The position numbers and the translations under genes were made by a program. Positions 39,487-48,743 of a DNA stretch of 64,000 nt are shown piece after piece. The notes under the pieces are model-generated. The model did not search any database. It had not been told where the DNA came from and saw nothing but the letters and a program-made list of their open reading frames with translations. Source of the DNA: Macrostomum lignano (Eukaryota); NCBI GenBank assembly GCA_002269645.1, contig NIVC01000567.1:186001-250000 (forward strand), read 5' to 3'. Position 1 is the first letter of the stretch. Each line of letters opens with the position of its first letter.

Positions 39487-42400
39487 CTAATCCTCCGCTT
39501 CTTTCGGCTTCTCCTCCACGTCCTCTTCTAGTGGTTTTTCTTCCTCCACGTCCTCTTCCTTCGGCTTCTCCTCCTCTTCCACATCATCTTTTGGCTTCTC
39601 TTCATCCTCCGCATCCTCCTCTTTCTTCGGCTTCTCCTCCTCTTCCACATCATCTTCTTTCGGCTTCTCTTCATCCTCCGCATCCTCCTCTTCCTTCGGC
39701 TTCTCCTCCTCTTCCACATCATCTTCTTTTGGCTTCTCTTCATCCTCCGCATCCTCCTCTTCCTTCGGCTTCTCCTCCTCTTCCACATCATCTTCTTTCG
39801 GCTTCTCTTCATCCTCCGCATCCTCCTCTTTCTTCGGCTTCTCCTCCTTTTCCACATTATCTTCTTTCGGCTTCTCTTCATCCTCCGCATCCTCCTCTTC
39901 CTTCGGCTTTTCCTCCGCATCCTCCTCTTCCTTCGGCTTCTCCTCCGCATCCTCCTCTTCCTTCGGCTTCTCCTCCGCATCTTCCTCTTTCTTCGGCTTC
40001 TCCTCCTTTTCCACATTATCTTCTTTCGGCTTCTCTTCATCCTCCGCATCCTCCTCTTCCTTCGGCCTCTCCTCCGCATCCTCCTCTTCCTTCGGCTTCT
40101 CCTCCGCATCCTCCTCTTCCTTCGGCTTCTCCTCCGCATCCTCCTCTTCCTTCGGCTTTTCCTGCGCATCCTCCTCTTCCTTCGGCTTTTCCTGCGCATC
40201 CTTCTCTTCCTTCGGCTTTTCCTCCGCATCCTCCTCTTCCTTCGGCTTCCCCTCCGCATCCTCCTCTTCCTTCGGCTTCTCCTCCATATCCTCCTCTTCT
40301 TTCGGCTTCTCATCCTCCATATCCTCCTCTTCCTTCGGCTTCTCTTCATCCTCCACATCCTCCTCTTCTTTCGGATTGTCTTTATCCTCCACATTCTCTT
40401 CTTGTGGCTTCTCTTCCTCCTCTACATCCTCCTGTGGTTTCTCCTCTTCCTCCACATTTTCTTCTTGTGGTTTCTCTTCCTTCTCCACGTCCTCTTCTTG
40501 TGGTTTCTCTTCTTTTTCTACATCCTCTTCTTGTGGTTTCTCTTCCGCGTCCACATCCTCTTCTTGTGGTTTCTCTTCCTCCTCCACATCCTCATGTGGC
40601 TTCTCCTCCTCCTCCACATCCTCCTCTTCCTTCAGCTTCTCTTCCTTGTCCACATCCTCTTCTTGTGGTTTCTCTTCCTTCTTCACATCCTGTTCTTGTG
40701 GTTTCTCTTCCTCCTCCACATCCTCTTTTTGTGGTTTCTCTTCCTCTTCCACATCCTCCTCTTGTGGTTTCTCTTTCTCCTCCACATCCTCCTGTGGCTT
40801 CTCTTCCTCCGCATCTTCCTGTGGTTTCTCCTCCTCGTCCGCATCCTCCTTTTCTTGTGGTTTCTCTTCCTCCTCTACATCCTCCTGTGGTTTCTCCTCC
40901 TTCGCATCCTCCTCTTCCTTCAGCTTCTCTTTCTCGTCCACATCCTCTTCTTGTGGTTTCTCCTCCTCCTCCGCATCCTCTTCTTCCTTCAGCTTCTCTT
41001 CCTCGTCCACATCCTCTTCTTGTGGTTTCTCTTCCTCCTCCACATCCTCTTCTTGTGGTTTCTCTTCCTCCTCCATATCCTCTTCTTGTGGTTTCTCTTC
41101 CTCCTCCACATCCTCTTCTTGTGGTTTCTCTTCCTCATCCACATCCTCTTCTTGTGGCTTCTCTTCCTCCTCCACATCCTCTTCTTGTGGTTTCTCTTCC
41201 TCCTCCATATCCTCTTCTTGTGGTTTCTCTTCCTCCTCCACATCCTCTTCTTGTGGTTTCTCTTCCTCATCCACATCCTCTTCTTGTGGTTTCTCTTTCT
41301 CCTCCACATCCTCATGTGGCTTCTCTTCCTCCGCATCTTCCTGTGGTTTCTCCTCCTCGTCCACATCCTCCTCTTCTTGTGGTTTCTCTTCCTCGTCCAC
41401 ATCCTCTTCTTGTGGTTTCTCCTCCTCCTCCACATCCTCTTCTTGTGGTTTCTCCTCCTCCTCCGCATCCTCTTCTTCCTTCAGCTTCTCTTCCTCCTCC
41501 ACATCCTCTTCTTGTGGTTTTTCTTCCTCCTCCACATCCTCTTCTTGTGGTTTCTCTTCCTCCTCCACATCCTCTTCTTGTGGTTTCTTTTCCTCCTCCA
41601 CATCCTCTTCTTGTGGCTTCTCTTCCTCATCCACATCCTCTTCTTGTGGCTTCTCTTCCTCATCCACATCCTCTTCTTGTGGTTTCTCCTCCTCCTCCGC
41701 ATCCTCTTCTTCCTTCAGCTTCTCTTCCTCGTCCACATCCTCTTCTTGTGGTTTCTCCTCCTCCTCCGCATCCTCTTCTTCCTTCAGCTTCTCTTCCTCC
41801 TCCACATCCTCTTCTTGTGGTTTCTCTTCCTCCACCAAATCCTCTTCTTGTGGTTTCTCTTCCTCCTCCACATCCTCTTCTTGTGGTTGCTCTTCCTCAT
41901 CCACATCCTCTTCTTGTGGCTTCTCTTCCTCATCCACATCCTCTTCTTGTGGCTTCTCTTCCTCATCCACATCCTCTTCTTGTGGTTTCTCCTCCTCCTC
42001 TGCATCCTCCTGTGGTTTCTCCTCCTTCGCATCCTCCTCTTCCTTCAGCTTCTCTTCCTCCTCCACATCCTCTTCTTGTGGTTTCTCCTCCTCCTCCGCA
42101 TCCTCTTCTTCCTTCAGCTTCTCTTCCTCGTCCACATCCTCTTCTTGTGGTTTCTCTTCCTCCTCCACATTCTCTTCTTGTGGCTTCTCTTCCTCATCCA
42201 CATCCTCTTCTTGTGGCTTCTCTTCCTCATCCACATCCTCTTCTTGTGGTTTCTCCTCCTCCTCCGCATCCTCTTCTTCCTTCAGCTTCTCTTCCTCGTC
42301 CACATCCTCTTCTTGTGGTTTCTCCTCCTCCTCCGCATCCTCTTCTTCCTTCAGCTTCTCTTCCTCGTCCACATCCTCTTCTTGTGGTTTCTCTTCCTCC

Positions 42401-44343
42401 TCCACATCCTCTTCTTGTGGTTTCTCCTCCTCCTCCGCATCCTCTTCTTCCTTCAGCTTCTCTTCCTCCTCCACATCCTCTTCTTGTGGTTTCTCTTCCT
42501 CCTCTACATCCTCCTGTGGTTTCTCCTCCTTCGCATCCTCCTCTTCCTTCAGCTTCTCTTCCTCGTCCACATCCTCTTCTTGTGGTTTCTCTTCCTTCTC
42601 CACAACCTCTTCTTGTGGTTTCTCTTCCTCATCCACATCCTCTTCTTGTGGCTTCTCTTCCTCATCCACATCCTCTTCTTGTGGCTTCTCTTCCTCCTCC
42701 ATATCCTCTTCTTGTGGTTTCTCTTCCTCCTCTACATCGTCTTCTTGTGGTTTCTCTTCCTCCTCCACATCCTCTTCTTGTGGCTTCTCTTCCTCCTTCA
42801 CATCCTTTTCTTGTGGCTTCTCTTCCTTCTCCACATTCTCCTGTTTTTTTTCCTCCTCCACATCCTCTTCTTGTGGCTTCTCCTCCTCCGCATCCTCCTT
42901 TTCCTTCAGCTTTTCTTCATTCTCCACATACTCTTCTTTCGACTCGGATTTGCGCTTCTCATCATCAGACTCGGATTCCGGCTTCTCATCCTCAAACTCG
43001 GATTTGCGCTTCTCATCCTCAGACTCGGATTCCGGCTTCTCATCCTCAAACTCGGATTTGCGCTTCTCATCCTCAAACTCGGATTTGCGCTTCTCATCCT
43101 CAGACTCGGATTTGCGCTTCTCTTCCTCAGACTCGGATTTGCGCTTCTCTTCCTCAGACTCGGATTTTTGCTTCTCTTCCTCAGACTCGGATTTGTGCTT
43201 CTCATCCTCAGACTCGGGGTTGCGCTTCTCATCCTCATGCTTGTCTGTTTCTTTCTTGATGAAAGAATCGAAATTTTCTGGTCCTAAACTTTCAGTCACA
43301 GGACGTTCTTCTTCGTTGAAAAAAGTTGCTCCAACCGGTCGATTGGCCTCTAATTCAGCCTCACCTGCGTTAGGCTGTACCTCAGACTCATCCTCCTGAA
43401 CTAACTGATTGTCATCTGTAGTCTTATCGCCAACAGTTTCATCTTTTTGATCGGCTTCCTCAACTTCCGTAACTGGTTGAAGTCCTGTTGAAGCATCAAC
43501 GTCGTCAGCTCGTATCCAGACTGGTTCATCATTCGTTTCGTCGCCAGAAGCAGAAGCAATAAACTGTTTGTTCTCGTCAATTCTGTTCTTATGTTCTTCT
43601 TCGCTGCTACTGCCACTTCTGTCGTTACTTTTTCTTTGCCTACTTCTCTTCTTTTTCTTTTTCTGCTTTCGCTTCTTTTTGCTTTCGCTGTCGTTACCGC
43701 TACCACTCTTGTCACTGCTGCTTTTACTTTTGCCACTGCTTTTTTCATCACTGTCACTGCTGCTGCTGCTTTTCTTTTCTGCTTTCTCATCTTTTTGTTT
43801 CTTGGAGTCAGCAGCTGCAGCTGCAGCGGCGGCGGCGGCGGCCTCAGAGCCGGGACTCGTAACGCCGGACACGGCAGCTACGGGAGGCAGCGGACGGCGG
43901 GCTAAGTCGCTAAAAGAATCGTCGCTTGTCAGTTTAACAACGGTCTCCGGTTTACGCCTAGACGAAATTGGAGACGGCTGCTCGCCAGCAAAGAATTTTG
44001 CTGCATCATCTTCGTTATCGTCCTCTTGCGGCTGCTGCTCGTTGACAACTCGAGACGAATCTGGAGGTTTCTCAGCCGATTGACGACCTGACGAACTTAG
44101 CAGAGGCTCCACAGATTCAGGATCCCGATCTCTGTGTAAATTGGCCTTAGCTGAGCTGCTAGAACCGGCGCCAGCAACAGAGTATGCGGCTGCAACTCGA
44201 GCAGAAGGCTCAGCCTGAGCAGGATTAGTGCGACAACAAATTCGACGCTTAACAACAGTAGCTATGGCTGCTATTATCAGTAGTATAGCGTAGCTAATTA
44301 TAATGCCTAACGCCAAGGATAGAGAGGCGTCCGTAGCCGCCAT
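39487..44343 (-). CDS. Intronless 1618-aa single-pass membrane protein with giant Glu/Asp/Lys-rich repeat tail (unknown family)
   Basis: ATG at 44343 lies 84 nt downstream of a TTTCAG acceptor. The hydrophobic segment LSLALGIIISYAILLIIAAIATVV is followed by KRRICC. A unique ~370-aa N-terminus precedes 27/30/33/36-bp repeats that all keep frame, with synonymous variation. Confidence 0.78.
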   Translation of the reverse strand: MAATDASLSLALGIIISYAILLIIAAIATVVKRRICCRTNPAQAEPSARVAAAYSVAGAGSSSSAKANLHRDRDPESVEPLLSSSGRQSAEKPPDSSRVVNEQQPQEDDNEDDAAKFFAGEQPSPISSRRKPETVVKLTSDDSFSDLARRPLPPVAAVSGVTSPGSEAAAAAAAAAAADSKKQKDEKAEKKSSSSSDSDEKSSGKSKSSSDKSGSGNDSESKKKRKQKKKKKRSRQRKSNDRSGSSSEEEHKNRIDENKQFIASASGDETNDEPVWIRADDVDASTGLQPVTEVEEADQKDETVGDKTTDDNQLVQEDESEVQPNAGEAELEANRPVGATFFNEEERPVTESLGPENFDSFIKKETDKHEDEKRNPESEDEKHKSESEEEKQKSESEEEKRKSESEEEKRKSESEDEKRKSEFEDEKRKSEFEDEKPESESEDEKRKSEFEDEKPESESDDEKRKSESKEEYVENEEKLKEKEDAEEEKPQEEDVEEEKKQENVEKEEKPQEKDVKEEEKPQEEDVEEEEKPQEDDVEEEEKPQEEDMEEEEKPQEEDVDEEEKPQEEDVDEEEKPQEEVVEKEEKPQEEDVDEEEKLKEEEDAKEEKPQEDVEEEEKPQEEDVEEEEKLKEEEDAEEEEKPQEEDVEEEEKPQEEDVDEEEKLKEEEDAEEEEKPQEEDVDEEEKLKEEEDAEEEEKPQEEDVDEEEKPQEEDVDEEEKPQEENVEEEEKPQEEDVDEEEKLKEEEDAEEEEKPQEEDVEEEEKLKEEEDAKEEKPQEDAEEEEKPQEEDVDEEEKPQEEDVDEEEKPQEEDVDEEEQPQEEDVEEEEKPQEEDLVEEEKPQEEDVEEEEKLKEEEDAEEEEKPQEEDVDEEEKLKEEEDAEEEEKPQEEDVDEEEKPQEEDVDEEEKPQEEDVEEEKKPQEEDVEEEEKPQEEDVEEEEKPQEEDVEEEEKLKEEEDAEEEEKPQEEDVEEEEKPQEEDVDEEEKPQEEEDVDEEEKPQEDAEEEKPHEDVEEKEKPQEEDVDEEEKPQEEDVEEEEKPQEEDMEEEEKPQEEDVEEEEKPQEEDVDEEEKPQEEDVEEEEKPQEEDMEEEEKPQEEDVEEEEKPQEEDVDEEEKLKEEEDAEEEEKPQEEDVDEKEKLKEEEDAKEEKPQEDVEEEEKPQEKEDADEEEKPQEDAEEEKPQEDVEEKEKPQEEDVEEEEKPQKEDVEEEEKPQEQDVKKEEKPQEEDVDKEEKLKEEEDVEEEEKPHEDVEEEEKPQEEDVDAEEKPQEEDVEKEEKPQEEDVEKEEKPQEENVEEEEKPQEDVEEEEKPQEENVEDKDNPKEEEDVEDEEKPKEEEDMEDEKPKEEEDMEEKPKEEEDAEGKPKEEEDAEEKPKEEKDAQEKPKEEEDAQEKPKEEEDAEEKPKEEEDAEEKPKEEEDAEERPKEEEDAEDEEKPKEDNVEKEEKPKKEEDAEEKPKEEEDAEEKPKEEEDAEEKPKEEEDAEDEEKPKEDNVEKEEKPKKEEDAEDEEKPKEDDVEEEEKPKEEEDAEDEEKPKEDDVEEEEKPKEEEDAEDEEKPKEDDVEEEEKPKKEEDAEDEEKPKDDVEEEEKPKEEDVEEEKPLEEDVEEKPKEAED

Positions 44344-44512
44344 TACTTTCGTCTCGTGTTTAAGGATTGCTTCAAATTACCGTTGTTTTGTCAAGGTCCG
44401 TTGCAATTATCTTTAATTGTTTTGATCTGAAATTAAAGACAGGGAGGGAGGGACATAGTAAACTATGTTACAATGAACTTTATCTAATATAGAGTACTCT
44501 GCAGATATGTTT

Positions 44513-44720
44513 AAATGGTTGTGGCCTAGTGGTCGGATTCACGACTTGAAGGTTGGGGGTTCGAATCTCGACCCACTCTGAATAATTTTGTGTCCTTAAG
44601 CAAGATACTTAACTCTGCATTGTTTCAGTTCACCCAGCTGTAAAATGGGTGCCAGTATTAGCTGGGATAATTGAGGCTTTGTGTGGAGACCCCCCAGTCC
44701 TTGGACTGAACAGCCGTACG
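44513..44720 (+). mobile_element. CORE-type tRNA-derived SINE (family B)
   Basis: A box TGGCCTAGTGGT (44522-44533), B box GGTTCGAATCT (44558-44568), then the CORE-like TGTGTCCTTAAGCAAGATACTTAACTC...CACCCAGCTGTAAAATGGGT (44589-44650). 3' end approximate. Confidence 0.8.
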
Positions 44721-45736
44721 CAGCCTTCAGATGCGCCGCGCAATAGCTGCGGCTGAGCGGTCGGTTGGTTTATAATCTGTCCGTAGTTATTATTAGTATG
44801 TTTAAAGCCATAATTTAAGGGGGGGCAAAGTCGAAATTTCACAACGTCAAAAACTACGGCATGTTACCCGTTATAATAAGTTAGTGAATTTTCGACCTAT
44901 GCGAACTCCCTTGTTAGAGATTTTGACGTTGTGAAAGCATCCTAATAAAAATAAAGCCTAGTCCATTGGTTTTCTAGTGAACACAACTACATTTGTATCA
45001 TATGTAAACAAAACACTAAAGAAACATTGAAGAGAGATGTTTGAATTTGATTTTAAAATATATATTTTAATATTGTATATAACAAGCAATAAAAAGTGAC
45101 AATTAACAAATTAAACACGTAAAATTACCACATTGAACTAAGCATATGTACACCTCACATATGTTATCTTAATTATATTCAGTTTGTAAATATTTATTTA
45201 CAAACTGAATAGTCACAAGAAGTGCCGCCTCTGTATATAATGAGGATTAAACACGGGCAGAATAGAACAGGACTGCAACGTTAGTCTTTCCAAGATTTCT
45301 GCATACATTCTGTTAGCTGTCTAAGCTGTGTATTGAATGAAGTAGAGTTGTTGTTATCAGCCCCTGCGCTGAGACTGTACAATCAGCGAGCCTGGGACAA
45401 GGAGATGGCTATTTTGCCAGGCATTGATACCTTCAGAGAATAACCCGCAGTGAGGAATGCCCATTCTGCTTCCCCTGCGTCGGCCGGACCCCCGGATGGA
45501 TCTAATATTAGTTTTTTTTTCAATCAGGTTTTATACGGAAAAAGTAAATAATTATAATTGATGTTTGCGACGCAAAAATAACCTTATTAGTGGCCAAAAG
45601 CTTTACTAGAGTGACTATACAGAAACCAGTCCGCGCGATGACACATGTTTAGTAATTAGTGTTTGATTGGTTACGTTAGAAAAGGCAAAAAATAATCAAA
45701 ATCTCTCGCGGCATTAATTTGCTGTCCTTCAGTTAC

Positions 45737-46396
45737 TCAAGTTACAGTCTCAAAAGGCGGAGAAGTGACCGTAGGCTGACTACTCAAAGTAGCTGAAGAA
45801 GGTGCAGTGGGCAGGAGAGGATCACAACGAGGAGGAATTGGCTTCTCTGGATACTCTGCAGGTGTCGCTTCGACTTCTACAGCTGGTGCCGAATCACGTA
45901 GCAGTTCGCTTGTCTCGACTGAAGCGTTATTCATTTTAGCATCGGTCGTCGCACTTGGTGCCATGTCATCATTTTGACGAAATTCCGTGAGACAATTTAA
46001 CTTCACTTTCGACCTAAATCTGTAGACTAAAACAACAGCAACTATGACACAAATACCAATCAGAGGAACCGTAACAGAGAGAGTAGCCACTGTTACTTTA
46101 CTTATTTCCGATAATTCAGTAGTTTCGGGCGATGCTGTAGTCACAGTAAGAGATTGCGTTCTCGCGGTAGATTTGACAGCGTTTGGTCGTCGATAACAGT
46201 CGCCATCAAGGTGAAATTTGGCGCATTTTGTCTGCCAAAACGGTGTCATTGCTGATTGGTCTATGGTAGAAGATGTACATTCTGTTGGACACCTTTCGCA
46301 TGATTGGGTGTTTACATTGAAATAGTAGTTCGACTGGCACTGACTGCCTGCCAAAACAATATAGCAGGTGAGTATTATTACGATCGAATATAGCAT
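45737..46396 (-). CDS. Small type I membrane protein with one TNFR-like (BCMA/TACI/Grindelwald-type) cysteine module, 219 aa
   Basis: Signal peptide MLYSIVIILTCYIVLAG; C-x12-C-x2-C-x3-C (CQSNYYFNVNTQSCERCPTEC) plus 2 further Cys; Ser/Thr stalk; TM VTVPLIGICVIVAVVLVY followed by RFRSK; Pro-rich tail. An AG acceptor (TTGACAG) lies 83 nt upstream of the ATG. CDS status is well supported; the family call is an inference. Confidence 0.75.
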   Translation of the reverse strand: MLYSIVIILTCYIVLAGSQCQSNYYFNVNTQSCERCPTECTSSTIDQSAMTPFWQTKCAKFHLDGDCYRRPNAVKSTARTQSLTVTTASPETTELSEISKVTVATLSVTVPLIGICVIVAVVLVYRFRSKVKLNCLTEFRQNDDMAPSATTDAKMNNASVETSELLRDSAPAVEVEATPAEYPEKPIPPRCDPLLPTAPSSATLSSQPTVTSPPFETVT

Positions 46397-46571
46397 ATTA
46401 TTCTCGAATCGAGGCCAAAATGCATCGACACATGAATTAACCGTGAAACTGAATGCATGATAATAGTTAACTAATCTACCTGTCAATAAAAGTATAATCC
46501 TGAAAATTCTAGCCTACGAAGCTATCGCATAAAAACTTAATTAAATACGTCCTTAAACTAACTGTCCCCAA

Positions 46572-46850
46572 ACCTCACACCTGATAATCGTCAAACCTCA
46601 CACCTGATAATCACCAAACCCCACACCTGATAATCACCAAACCCCACACCTGATAATCACCAAACCTCCCACCTGATAATCACCAAACCTCCCACCTGAT
46701 AATCACCAAACCTCACACCTGATAATCACCAAACCTCACCTGATAATCGTCAAACCTCACACCTGATAATCACCAAACCTCACACCTGATAATCACCAAA
46801 CCTCACACCTGATAATCACCAAACCTCACACCTGATAAGCATCAAATCAC
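46572..46850. repeat. 23-bp minisatellite (AAACCTCACACCTGATAATCACC), copy 1
   Basis: Same unit and orientation as 48058-48447. Confidence 0.9.
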
Positions 46851-48057
46851 TCACTTCAGAATAGTCACCAAAGCTCACACCTAAAATTAGTCACCGAATC
46901 ACACCTTGCCGTAGTTATAGTCTACCCTACAGAACCTAAAAAATTGACAGAAATAATAAGAATTTGGAACAGCCTAGATTTTTATTAATCCATTTCGGAC
47001 ACGGGTTTGCAGTTTAACTTTTATGTTTTTTGACAAAATATTCGGTTCAAGCTGGAGCAAGTTTTCAAGCTTCTGAAGTTTTTGCACGTCAAATAGTTGT
47101 TGTCAGGAAAGGGTCACAGAAGGGCGCACAAAAAAGAGTTCAGACACAAAATGCAATAAATTAACTACGGAAATATTTAAATATAGACGAAAAATACGCG
47201 TTTAAGCTACTCATAGTAAGCTTATTGTTATGCAGCTTCAACAGCGAATGAAAAAGTCAGCGAGACCCTTCACCCAGAAAGAAATAGAAGCATTACTAGG
47301 AGAAAAAAAATTTTTTCAACTAAATTGGCCAATTCTGTGTTATATTAAACTAGCCTATATAATACAATACAGTTCAAGCACCTATTAATCAACTATTAGA
47401 TTGCCGGAAAGAGTATTGGCTCAATACTTAGTAATGATATTTGCTCAGTCAAGAGCGCAGAGGGATAAGAAAAAGATGACAGGAAAGCACAATTTCAATG
47501 TTATAATCAATTTCTTGTGCTTTAATCAAAGTTGCACCCACTCAAAAAACCGTATACTACTACTTTAAGAAGTAGTGAAAAAAAAACAAATTTAAAGCAA
47601 TATTATATTATTAAATACATTCTGTTAGCAACAAAAAAATCTTGTCAGACAGAGTCAGAGCAGACTGTGGGATTAAAACAGGGTTATAATTTAGTGTTGT
47701 TAAGCAATTCAATAATTAGATTGATAAAGCGCTGATTTCTTGCACAACTTTATGGGCTCTTGCGGTTTATATAAACACTGAAAGGTGGCTTCCAAAAAAC
47801 GAGGCTCAGGAGAAGCTCTGCCCATCAGAATGGTAGGGCGTAGTTTAGTCTATAATGCAATTTGCTTTTACACTACTGTTAGTAGTTTCCGTTCCGAAAA
47901 TGTCAGTAGTTAGGCTGGTGTCAAGACATTGCGGGCTCTCAAACAAGCATATGTTGGTTGTCTTGTTGGTAAGATTTCCTTTAGTTTCCACCTGCTCCCT
48001 TGGTCCATATGCTAGCTCCTCTGGTTGTGTCCTTGTTTATTCTGTCTCTGGCTCTCT

Positions 48058-48447
48058 GGCTGATAATCACCAAACTTCACACCTGATAATCGCCAAACCT
48101 CACACCTGATAGTTACCAAACCTCACACCTGATAGTTACCAAACCTCACACCTGATAATCACCAAACCTCACACTTGATAAGCATCATCACACAACTGAT
48201 AAGCATCAAATCACACACCTGATAAGCATCAAATCACACACCTGATAAGCATCAAATCACACACCTGATAAGCATCAAATCACACACCTGATAAGCATCA
48301 AATCACACACCTGATAAGCATCAAATCACACACCTGATAAGCATCAAATCACACCAAATCACACACCTGATAAGCATTAAATCACACCAAATCACACACC
48401 TGATAAGCATCAAATCACACACCCGATAACCACCAAACCTCACACCT
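48058..48447. repeat. 23-bp minisatellite, copy 2
   Basis: AATCACCAAACC units followed by AAGCATCAAATCAC variant units, the same order as copy 1. Confidence 0.9.
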
Positions 48448-48743
48448 GGTGTCCTGGGGAAGAGTTCGTACCGAATCGGGCAATACCGGCTGAGGATAAT
48501 CGGGGAATCCTTGGTGCCCTATAAGAGGTTTTTAGGTCGTTTACCTTCAGGTTTTTCTGGATTCTTCTCTCAGCTTTCTTAAATAACAAGAAACCTGGCG
48601 GTAAAGTGTTTCCTTATTAGACTGGTTAATCCGCTAAAATACACGTAGATATAAGAATAAACCTGTGGCTCAAACCGCACGCACCAGGAGAAGAAACTAC
48701 TAAAGCAATTACCACAAGAGCTATAATAGACGCAATTAGTTTT

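Noticed and set aside
39306-43399. Three very long plus-strand ORFs (1317, 1007, 961 aa)
   Set aside because: Antisense shadows of the Glu-rich gene: the C/T-rich strand rarely forms stop codons and the products are low-complexity.
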